Shown here one piece after another: positions 56,772-64,000 of a stretch of 64,000 bases of DNA. Source of the stretch: an uncultured Victivallales bacterium (GTDB lineage: Bacteria > Verrucomicrobiota > Lentisphaeria > Victivallales > UBA1829); the NCBI GenBank assembly GCA_944390795.1, contig CALXRI010000001.1, positions 221,979 to 285,978 on the forward strand, written 5' to 3'. The notes beneath the pieces were generated by a model. That model saw nothing but the letters and a program-made list of their open reading frames with translations, searched no databases and was not told the origin of the DNA. Numbering within the stretch: position 1 is the stretch's first letter; each line of letters starts with the position of its first letter. The position numbers and the translations under genes are program-made.

Positions 56772-57824
56772 ATGTCCATTACGACGATCGATCACGACGG
56801 CAGCGTCAGCGCCGGTCTCCGCAAAATGATGAAACGCGGCAGCGACTTTCTGAATGTCAAATATCCGCTGATCTGCGGCGCCATGACGTGGGTGTCCGAT
56901 CCGAAACTTGTTTCCATGGTCTGCAACAACGGCTGTTTCGCCTGCATTGCGGGCGGCAATGCGCCGGTCGGCGTGCTGCGCGCGCAGGTGGAGGAGACCA
57001 GAACGCTGACGGACAGGCCGTTTGCGGTCAATCTCGTGACGGTCGCCCCGGCATATCAGGAACAGCTTGCGGCGCTGCCCGACATGCCCGTTGACTACGT
57101 CTTCTTCGCGGGTTCCATTCCGAAGGAAAAGGAGGTTGCGATTGCACGCGACGCGGGCAAGAAAACCATCTGTTTCGCTTCGACGCTCTCGATTGCCGAG
57201 CGGATGATCCGTTTCGGCGCGGATGCGATCATGCTGGAGGGCAGCGAGGCGGGCGGTCATATCGGTCATGTCTCGGCGATGGTGCTGATCCAGCAGCTTC
57301 TGTTCAAATTCGGCGAGCAGATTCCCGTTTTCGTCGCCGGCGGCATCGCGACGGGGAAAATGATGGCGCACGCCCTCCTGATGGGCGCTGCCGGCGTGCA
57401 GATCGGCACGCGCTTTGTGATGACCGAGGAATGCTCCGCGCATGAGAAGTTCAAGGACGCGTTCCTGCACGCCAACGCCCGCGATGCCATCGCCACGCCG
57501 CAGTTCGATTCCCGTCTTCCCGTCGTGGCGGTCCGCGCCCTCAAGAACAAGGGGCATGACACTTTCGCAAAACTGCAGCTGGATCTGATCCGCAAACTCG
57601 AAGAGGGATCCATTCACCGCCAGGAGGCGCAGATGGAGGTGGAGAAATTCTGGATGGGCGCGCTGCGCCGCGCGGTGGTCGAAGGCGATGTCGAGACCGG
57701 CTCCCTGATGGCCGGGCAGTCCGTCGGGCTCATGGACCGGATCGTCCCTGTCCGGGAGCTGATTGACGAACTGCTTGCCGATGCCTCCGCCGAGCTGGAT
57801 CAGGTGAAGGCCAAGCTCTCCTGA
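56772..57824 (+). CDS. NAD(P)H-dependent flavin oxidoreductase, nitronate monooxygenase/FabK-like
   Basis: VKYPLICGAMTWVSDPKLVSMVCNNG..EGSEAGGHIG..VAGGIATG. Start moved to ATG 56772 (RBS AAAGGGAG). Confidence 0.8.
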   Translation: MSITTIDHDGSVSAGLRKMMKRGSDFLNVKYPLICGAMTWVSDPKLVSMVCNNGCFACIAGGNAPVGVLRAQVEETRTLTDRPFAVNLVTVAPAYQEQLAALPDMPVDYVFFAGSIPKEKEVAIARDAGKKTICFASTLSIAERMIRFGADAIMLEGSEAGGHIGHVSAMVLIQQLLFKFGEQIPVFVAGGIATGKMMAHALLMGAAGVQIGTRFVMTEECSAHEKFKDAFLHANARDAIATPQFDSRLPVVAVRALKNKGHDTFAKLQLDLIRKLEEGSIHRQEAQMEVEKFWMGALRRAVVEGDVETGSLMAGQSVGLMDRIVPVRELIDELLADASAELDQVKAKLS

Positions 57825-57860
57825 TTCCCGGAGCTTGTTTTTCCCGCTGGGATGTTTTTT

Positions 57861-57902
57861 CCGGAAACGGTTTGAAAAAAATCGTTTCCGGATTATTTTT
57901 TT
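57861..57902 (+). terminator. Rho-independent terminator
   Basis: CCGGAAACG - 13-nt loop - CGTTTCCGG followed by ATTATTTTTTT. Confidence 0.7.
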
Positions 57903-57950
57903 CAACGGCACACTTTCGGAAACCCATAAAATTTTTTGAGGAAAATGGAA

Positions 57951-59132
57951 ATGACGGAAATCGGAACGGCGTTGACTCCTTCTGCGACAAAAGTATTGTT
58001 TCTCGGTGCGGGCGAACTCGGAAAAGAGGTCGTGATTGAAATGCAGCGCCTCGGCGCGGAGGTGATCGCCGTGGACCGCTATGCGAACGCGCCCGGCATG
58101 CAGGTGGCGCACCGCAGCCATGTCATCAACATGCTGGATCCCGCGGAGCTCCGGCGCGTGATCGAAATGGAGAAACCTGATTACATCGTGCCGGAAGTGG
58201 AGGCGATCGCCACGCCGGAACTTCTGAAACTGGAGAAAGAAGGGTATCATGTGATCCCGACGGCCAACGCCGCCTTTCTCACGATGAACCGCGAAGGCAT
58301 CCGCCGTCTCGCCGCCGAGGAGCTCGGGCTTCCGACCTCCAACTACCGGTTCGCGGCGGATTATGACGAGTTCCGCGCCGCGGTGAAGGAGATCGGCATT
58401 CCCTGCGTCGTCAAGCCGATCATGAGCTCCTCCGGGCACGGGCAGAGCGTGATCCGGAAAGAGGCGGATATCGACGAATCCTGGCGCATTGCGCAGGAGG
58501 GCGGACGCGCGGGTGCGGGAAAAGTGATCGTCGAAGGCTTTGTCGATTTCGATTACGAGATCACGCTTCTGACCGTGCGCCATGTCGGAGGCACGAGTTT
58601 CCTGGAACCGATCGGGCACCATCAGGTCAACGGCGACTATCAGGAGTCCTGGCAGCCGCAGGCGATGAGTCCGGCGGCGAAGGATTCCGCGCGCGAAATT
58701 GCAAGGAAGATCACCGATGCGCTCGGCGGACGCGGCATTTTCGGCGTCGAGATGTTCGTCAGGGGAGACCAGGTGATCTTCAGTGAAGTGAGTCCGCGTC
58801 CGCACGACACCGGCATGGTGACGCTGATTTCGCAGGATCTCTCCGAATTCGCGCTTCACGCGCGGGCGGTTCTCGGGCTCCCGATTCCGAACATCGCGTT
58901 CCACGGTCCGAGCGCGTCCAAGGCGATTGTCGCCGACGGCGTGTCGAAGTCCGTCGTCTTCCGGAACGTCGACGCCGCGCTCGCGATGCCCGACACCGGA
59001 ATCCGGCTGTTCGGCAAGGGCGAACTCAACGGGCACCGCCGTCTCGGGGTTCTCCTTGCCCGTGGAAAAGATACGGACGAGGCGCTCTCCAAAGTGATGG
59101 AAATGCGGAAGAAAATCGAAGTTGTTCTCTGA
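57951..59132 (+). CDS. purT: Formate-dependent GAR transformylase
   Basis: [27 protein letters not shown] aligns with the E. coli PurT N-terminus from memory. ATP-grasp motifs are present. Start set at ATG 57951. Confidence 0.9.
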   Translation: MTEIGTALTPSATKVLFLGAGELGKEVVIEMQRLGAEVIAVDRYANAPGMQVAHRSHVINMLDPAELRRVIEMEKPDYIVPEVEAIATPELLKLEKEGYHVIPTANAAFLTMNREGIRRLAAEELGLPTSNYRFAADYDEFRAAVKEIGIPCVVKPIMSSSGHGQSVIRKEADIDESWRIAQEGGRAGAGKVIVEGFVDFDYEITLLTVRHVGGTSFLEPIGHHQVNGDYQESWQPQAMSPAAKDSAREIARKITDALGGRGIFGVEMFVRGDQVIFSEVSPRPHDTGMVTLISQDLSEFALHARAVLGLPIPNIAFHGPSASKAIVADGVSKSVVFRNVDAALAMPDTGIRLFGKGELNGHRRLGVLLARGKDTDEALSKVMEMRKKIEVVL

Positions 59133-59153
59133 AGTTTTCCCGGGGGCTCCGAT

Positions 59154-59182
59154 TTGAAAAAAATAAGGAAATGTGCTATATT
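59154..59182 (+). promoter_or_regulatory. Extended -10 sigma70-type promoter of parE-parC
   Basis: TTGAAA - 17 nt - TATATT, with TGC directly 5' of the -10 element. Confidence 0.55.
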
Positions 59183-59207
59183 ACCTTCTTGAACAGATCG
59201 GGACAGA

Positions 59208-61049
59208 ATGATATTTATGCAGGAACAGAGAGACGATATCGACAATCTTCCGAACTCCGCCGCGGGCGCCTATGACGAGAGCAAGGTCAAAACCCTGGAT
59301 TCGCTGGAACACATCCGGCTGCGTCCCGGCATGTACGTCGGGCGCATGGGGGACGGCTCCCATCCGGACGACGGCATCTACGTGCTGCTCAAGGAAGTGA
59401 TCGACAACAGCGTCGACGAATACATCATGGGGAACGGGCGGCGCATCGACATCGCGATCGATGGCAATGAGATTTCCGTCCGCGACTACGGGCGCGGCAT
59501 TCCGCTCGGGAAGCTGGTCGCGTGCGTTTCCCAGATCAATACGGGAGCCAAGTACAATACCGACGTGTTCCAGTTCTCCGTCGGTCTCAACGGCGTCGGC
59601 ACCAAGGCGGTCAACGCGCTTTCCGAATCCTTTACGGCGATCTCCTACCGCGACGGAAAATACAAGCGCGCGGACTTTGTCGAGGGAAAGCTGGTCAACG
59701 AGGAGGACGGCGCGACGGAGGAGCGCAACGGCACCTTCGTCAAATTCGTCCCGGACGGCAGGCTCTTCCCGAAATACGCCTTCAGGCTGGAGTATGTCGA
59801 ACGGCGGCTCTGGATGTATGCGTTTCTCAACAGCGGGCTTTCGCTCTATTTCAACAATCAGCGCTACTACTCCAGAAACGGTCTGATGGATCTGGTGAAC
59901 AACGAGGTCGGCGGCGAAAGTCTGTATCCGATCATTCACTACAAGGACAAGACGCTGGAGTTTTCGCTCTGCCACACCAATGATTTCGGTGAAAAATATT
60001 ATTCCTTTGTGAACGGGCAGTTCACCTCGGACGGAGGAACGCATCTGTCCGCGTTCAAGGAGGGAGTTCTCCGGGCGGTCAACGAATATTCCGGCAAGGA
60101 CTACGACGGGCGCGACCTGCGCGACGGCATCGTCGGCTCCATCGCGATCAAGCTCCAGGACCCGATGTTCGAGTCGCAGACGAAAAACAAGCTCGGCAAC
60201 ACGGACATCAAGGGGTGGATTGTCGGAACCGTCAAACAGGCGGTCGTGGATTATCTGCACCGGCACACCGACGACGCCGGTCTCCTGCTGGAGAAGGTCA
60301 AGCGCAACGAGGAGCTGCGCAAGGAGATTTCGGCGGTCCAGAAGAAGGGACGCGAAATGTCCAAGCGCATGAGCCTGCGCAACAACAAGCTCAAGGACTG
60401 CAAGCATCACTTTGGGGACCGTTCCAAATACGCCGACCAGACGATGATCTTCCTGACCGAGGGCGATTCGGCGGGCGGCTCGCTGGAACAGAGCCGCAAT
60501 CCGATGTATCAGGCCGTGTTCGCGCTGCGCGGCAAGCCGCTGAACTGCTACGGGCTGAAGCTTGACACGGTTTACACGAACGAGGAGTTCTTCTACATCG
60601 TTCACACGCTCGACATCGAGGAGGATGTGGACAATCTGCGCTACGCCAAGGTCATCATTGCGACGGATGCCGACGTGGACGGTCTTCACATCCGGAATCT
60701 CCTGATTACGTTTTTCCTGACCTTCTTCGAGCCGCTGGTTCTCTCCGGGCATTTGTATATTCTGGAAACGCCGCTCTTCCGCGTCCGGAACAAGAAGGAG
60801 ACCCACTACTGCTATTCGGAGGAGGAGCGCGACGAAATGGCGAAGAAGCTGGGAAAAAGTGCGGAGATCACCCGTTTCAAAGGGCTCGGGGAGATTTCCC
60901 CCAAGGAGTTCGGACAGTTCATCGGCGACGACATCAAGCTTGAAAAAGTCACGATCGAACATTCCAAGGGCATCAGCGAGATGCTGAAATTCTACATGGG
61001 CGACAACAGTCCCGAACGCTGGGACCACATCGTCAACAATCTGGTGTAA
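59208..61049 (+). CDS. parE: Type IIA topoisomerase subunit B, short (topoisomerase IV/ParE-like) form
   Basis: GHKL ATPase motifs (EVIDNSVDE, DYGRGIP, GLNGVG) and Toprim motifs (LTEGDSAGG, IATDADVDGLHI). 613 aa without the long GyrB insertion. The gyrase versus topo IV assignment is tentative. Confidence 0.8.
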   Translation: MIFMQEQRDDIDNLPNSAAGAYDESKVKTLDSLEHIRLRPGMYVGRMGDGSHPDDGIYVLLKEVIDNSVDEYIMGNGRRIDIAIDGNEISVRDYGRGIPLGKLVACVSQINTGAKYNTDVFQFSVGLNGVGTKAVNALSESFTAISYRDGKYKRADFVEGKLVNEEDGATEERNGTFVKFVPDGRLFPKYAFRLEYVERRLWMYAFLNSGLSLYFNNQRYYSRNGLMDLVNNEVGGESLYPIIHYKDKTLEFSLCHTNDFGEKYYSFVNGQFTSDGGTHLSAFKEGVLRAVNEYSGKDYDGRDLRDGIVGSIAIKLQDPMFESQTKNKLGNTDIKGWIVGTVKQAVVDYLHRHTDDAGLLLEKVKRNEELRKEISAVQKKGREMSKRMSLRNNKLKDCKHHFGDRSKYADQTMIFLTEGDSAGGSLEQSRNPMYQAVFALRGKPLNCYGLKLDTVYTNEEFFYIVHTLDIEEDVDNLRYAKVIIATDADVDGLHIRNLLITFFLTFFEPLVLSGHLYILETPLFRVRNKKETHYCYSEEERDEMAKKLGKSAEITRFKGLGEISPKEFGQFIGDDIKLEKVTIEHSKGISEMLKFYMGDNSPERWDHIVNNLV

Positions 61050-61054
61050 TCATC

Positions 61055-63508
61055 ATGGCGCGGAAAGGCAGAGAAAACATCAAAAGGAGCGGTGCGAAAA
61101 CGCGGAAGTCCGCCGTTCCTGAAACAGAAAGCGCCGTCTCCGTTCCCGCTGAGGAGCCGGAGGAGACGCCCGAAACCATCGAGCCGGAAACGGAAACTGC
61201 GGATGCGGCGCAGGAGGACGACGAGGATGAGGACGGAAACATCGAGTCGGCTTCCGTTCAGACCGGCTCCAATTCGCGTCTGCGCGCGATGATGGACCAG
61301 AACTTCATCGAATACGCCTCCTACGTCATCAAGGACCGTGCGATTCCCGACATCGACGACGGGCTCAAGCCGGTGCAGCGGCGCATTCTGTGGGCGCTGT
61401 TCGAAAAGGACGACGGGACGTTCCACAAGGTCGCCAACATCATCGGCGAAACGATGAAATACCATCCGCACGGAGACGCCTCGATCGGGGATGCGCTGGT
61501 CAACCTCGCCAACAAGGAGACCTATATTGAAAAACAGGGCAACTTCGGCAACATCATCACGGGGTCGCCCGCCGCCGCTCCCCGCTATATCGAGTGCCGC
61601 CTGACGCCGCTTGCGCGCGACGTGCTGTTCAACAGGGACATCACGGAGTTCATCGATTCCTATGACGGGCGCAACCGGGAGCCGGTCTGTCTGCCGTCGA
61701 AAATCCCGACCGTGCTTCTGATGGGCGCTGACGGCATCGCCGTCGGAACGAACACGCGGATCATGCCGCACAATTTCAACGAGCTTCTTCAGGCGCAGAT
61801 CGCGATACTCAGGGATGAACCGTTCACGCTCTATCCGGATTTCCCGCAGGGCGGCATCATGGACGTGTCCAAGTATGAGGACGGACTCGGGAAGCTGGTG
61901 ATCCGGGCGAAGATCGAAATCGACGGAAGAATCCTCGTCGTGCGGGAGATTCCGGCGGCGACGAATACAACCAAACTGATGGACACGATCGAAGCTGCGG
62001 TGAACCGCAACAAGATCAAGATCGCCTCGTTCAAGGACTACACCGCCGAAAAGATCGACATTCAGCTCACGCCGTTGCGCGGCTACGATCCGAAGAAGGC
62101 GCTGAACGCCCTCTATGCCTACACCTACTGCCAGATGAGCGTCTCGTGCAACCCGATGGTCATCATGGACAACCGCCCGGTGCGCATGACGATCAGCGAC
62201 ATTCTGCGCCGCAACACGGACAAGCTGGTGCTGTATCTGAAATACGAGCTCCAGATCGAGGCGGGCAAGTGCCTGGACAGGATTCTGGCAAGAACGCTGG
62301 CGCAGATCTTCATTGAAGAGGGCATTTACAAGCGGATCGAGAAATGCAGGACGAATGAACTGATGTTCAAGGAGGTCCGCACCGGCCTTGAGAAATTCCG
62401 GAGCGAATGGCTTCCGATCGTGGAGAAGCTCCACGAGAACATCGTGAACGGCCCGCACGTCATGCCGATGTCCGCGGAGTTCATGGAACGGCTCGAACAG
62501 CTCTCGCGCGGCGAAATTCCCGACAGCGAAATCGAAAAGCTGCTCGCAATTCCGATCCGCCGCATTTCCGCCTTCGAAATCAATGAGAACCGCGAACAGA
62601 TCGAGCTGCTTCAGAAGACGCTGAACGAGGCGGAAAAGAACCTGAAACGCATCAAGGCCTATGCGATCCGGTATCTGCAGGGGCTGATCGACAAATACGG
62701 CAGATACTTCCCCCGGCGCACCGAGATCCGTCTCGACGGATTCGAGAAAATCGACAAGAGCGCCGTGGCGCTGAACAATATCCGTGTCGGATGGGACAAG
62801 GGCGGCTGCTACATCGGAACCAATGTCAAGAGCGACGACGTGGTGGTCTGCAACGAGTTCGATCATCTGCTCTGCGTGGAGCGCAAGGGCGTCTACAAGG
62901 TCATCGACATTCCGGAAAAGATCTTCATCGACCGCCTGTACGAGTTCCGCAAATATGACAAGACGACCGTTTTCGGCGTGGTCTATACCGACACGAAAAC
63001 CGGGAAAGTCTATTACAAACGCTGCGTTATCGACAAGTTCATCAGGGACAAGGAATACCGGATCTGTCCGGAAGGGTGCCGCCTGGAACTCATCACGCCG
63101 CGTCCGAACGCCCTGTATGAGTGCAGGATTGATACGCCGATCAAGGCGCGGAAGATCCAGACGATCAATCTTTCCGACGCTCCGATGCGCTCGCCGCGTG
63201 CGGGAGGAATGCTTCTCTTTCCGCGCAAGCTCCAGAAAATCACCTTCGTCCAGTATCTCGACGGCACGGAGGAGGATTCCGAGGGCGAACTTCCCGGCAT
63301 CCCGCCGGAAGAACCCGAACCGATGACGGAAGTTCCGCCCGAACCGGAAACGGACAAAACGCAGTCCGTCCCTCCGGAGGAAGCTCCGGTCCCGAAGAAA
63401 ACGGAGAAAAAACACACCCCGCCTCCGTCGCCGTCCCCGTCTGCCGGAGGAAAAGAGGAACGCGAGGATGAAAACTGGGGAATTTCCCAGCCGGAGCTCG
63501 GGTTCTGA
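61055..63508 (+). CDS. parC: Type IIA topoisomerase subunit A, ParC-like, with charged low-complexity N- and C-terminal tails
   Basis: DGLKPVQRRILW, MKYHPHGDASIGDALV and the catalytic region AAPRYIECRL. Short C-terminal beta-pinwheel. 5-nt gap after parE. Confidence 0.8.
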   Translation: MARKGRENIKRSGAKTRKSAVPETESAVSVPAEEPEETPETIEPETETADAAQEDDEDEDGNIESASVQTGSNSRLRAMMDQNFIEYASYVIKDRAIPDIDDGLKPVQRRILWALFEKDDGTFHKVANIIGETMKYHPHGDASIGDALVNLANKETYIEKQGNFGNIITGSPAAAPRYIECRLTPLARDVLFNRDITEFIDSYDGRNREPVCLPSKIPTVLLMGADGIAVGTNTRIMPHNFNELLQAQIAILRDEPFTLYPDFPQGGIMDVSKYEDGLGKLVIRAKIEIDGRILVVREIPAATNTTKLMDTIEAAVNRNKIKIASFKDYTAEKIDIQLTPLRGYDPKKALNALYAYTYCQMSVSCNPMVIMDNRPVRMTISDILRRNTDKLVLYLKYELQIEAGKCLDRILARTLAQIFIEEGIYKRIEKCRTNELMFKEVRTGLEKFRSEWLPIVEKLHENIVNGPHVMPMSAEFMERLEQLSRGEIPDSEIEKLLAIPIRRISAFEINENREQIELLQKTLNEAEKNLKRIKAYAIRYLQGLIDKYGRYFPRRTEIRLDGFEKIDKSAVALNNIRVGWDKGGCYIGTNVKSDDVVVCNEFDHLLCVERKGVYKVIDIPEKIFIDRLYEFRKYDKTTVFGVVYTDTKTGKVYYKRCVIDKFIRDKEYRICPEGCRLELITPRPNALYECRIDTPIKARKIQTINLSDAPMRSPRAGGMLLFPRKLQKITFVQYLDGTEEDSEGELPGIPPEEPEPMTEVPPEPETDKTQSVPPEEAPVPKKTEKKHTPPPSPSPSAGGKEEREDENWGISQPELGF

Positions 63509-63687
63509 ATACGCTTTTTCCGCTTGAAACCAGCCGCCGGGGATTGTTTTTGCCCTGTTCGTACCGGAAAAAGCGTAACTTTCTTGCATGATTCATATTC
63601 AAAAAAATGTTTTCCGCTTGAAAAATCAGAAGAAAGAGCTTATTTTTCCGTACTATATGGAAAAATACGGACGCATGAGGTATTGCA

Positions 63688-64000
63688 ATGGCGCAAAACA
63701 CTGACTTTATTCTGGAACTGCTCCAGGAAAACGGGATGGTCACGGAGGAGCAGGTCAGTGAGGGCTGGAAAAAAGTTGCCGAGAAGGACGGGCAGATCAA
63801 TATCATTGATGCGCTGAAGGAGCTCAAGTATGTGGATGAGCTCGAGATGATTTCCATGCTGGCCCAGCAGTATGGCATGGAAGTCCTGGATCTTTCCACC
63901 TATCGGATTCCCCCGGAAGTGATCGAGTCCGTTCCGCGCGAAATCGTGAATCAGTACAAAATCGTGCCTGTCATGAAGCATGACGACGTCCTGACCATTG
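63688..64000 (+). CDS. Type II secretion / type IV pilus assembly ATPase (GspE/PilB family), N-terminal fragment
   Basis: Not in the ORF track (runs off the right edge). Hand translation gives MAQNTDFILELLQENGMVTEEQVSEGWKKVAEKDGQINIIDALKELKYVDELEMISMLAQQYGMEVLDLSTYRIPPEVIESVPREIVNQYKIVPVMKHDDVLTI, which matches the T2SSE_N domain pattern. Confidence 0.7.
   Translation, partial: MAQNTDFILELLQENGMVTEEQVSEGWKKVAEKDGQINIIDALKELKYVDELEMISMLAQQYGMEVLDLSTYRIPPEVIESVPREIVNQYKIVPVMKHDDVLTI

Noticed and set aside
55542-59036. 1164-aa minus-strand ORF
   Set aside because: It is an antisense shadow of three well-supported plus-strand genes (the Gfo/Idh/MocA gene, the FabK-like gene and purT) and has no recognisable domain.
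59181-63589. 615-aa and 865-aa minus-strand ORFs (59181..61028 and 60992..63589)
   Set aside because: They are antisense to parE and parC, whose motifs are unambiguous, and their composition is typical of shadow ORFs.
63516-63623. Possible CRISPR or tandem array based on the repeated TTTTCCGCTTGAAA
   Set aside because: There are only two copies, 94 nt apart, and no further repeats or cas genes. I report it instead as a regulatory-region curiosity.

Overview
This is 64 kb of GC-rich, densely coding bacterial chromosome with about 46 protein genes on both strands. I saw no rRNA, tRNA, CRISPR array, transposase or integrase. Two kinds of content alternate. (1) Housekeeping genes: a dGTPase-like HD protein, an rlmN-ankyrin-DJ1-tgt operon chained by ATGA start/stop overlaps, the membrane pyrophosphatase hppA, a CPA2 antiporter, ybaK, rsmI, ftsW-murG-rsmE, a NUDIX hydrolase, coaE, rho with a 315-aa low-complexity N-terminal extension, archaeal-type apgM, purT, a topoisomerase IV-like parE-parC pair, and the 5' end of a gspE/pilB-type ATPase. 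(2) Accessory glycan-type cassettes built around five paralogous prepilin-motif pseudopilin genes (FTLxELL ... DGH; H-X9-DG/DUF1559-like). Four of them sit next to a sugar-type transcription factor (AraC, two GntR-HTH+PBP1 hybrids, LacI) and a large signal-peptide glycoside-hydrolase/esterase-like protein (895+, 1028, 1718 and 572 aa). The fifth is translationally coupled to a MacB/FtsX-type ABC exporter. This expansion suggests a PVC-group host, probably Lentisphaerota/Victivallales-like, but that is inference only. The repeated order regulator - pseudopilin - secreted enzyme is my best candidate for an undescribed system. Other notable points are a mosaic, hairpin-rich intergenic repeat family with at least four copies, a prion-like N/Q/R/Y-rich segment in Rho, and a stand-alone 67-aa lysine-rich protein gene with tandem terminators. 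Two edge genes (1..2685 minus, 63688..64000 plus) are absent from the ORF track and were translated by hand. Many very long ORFs in the track are antisense shadows of real genes. All family calls come from motif recognition by eye; no searches were run.
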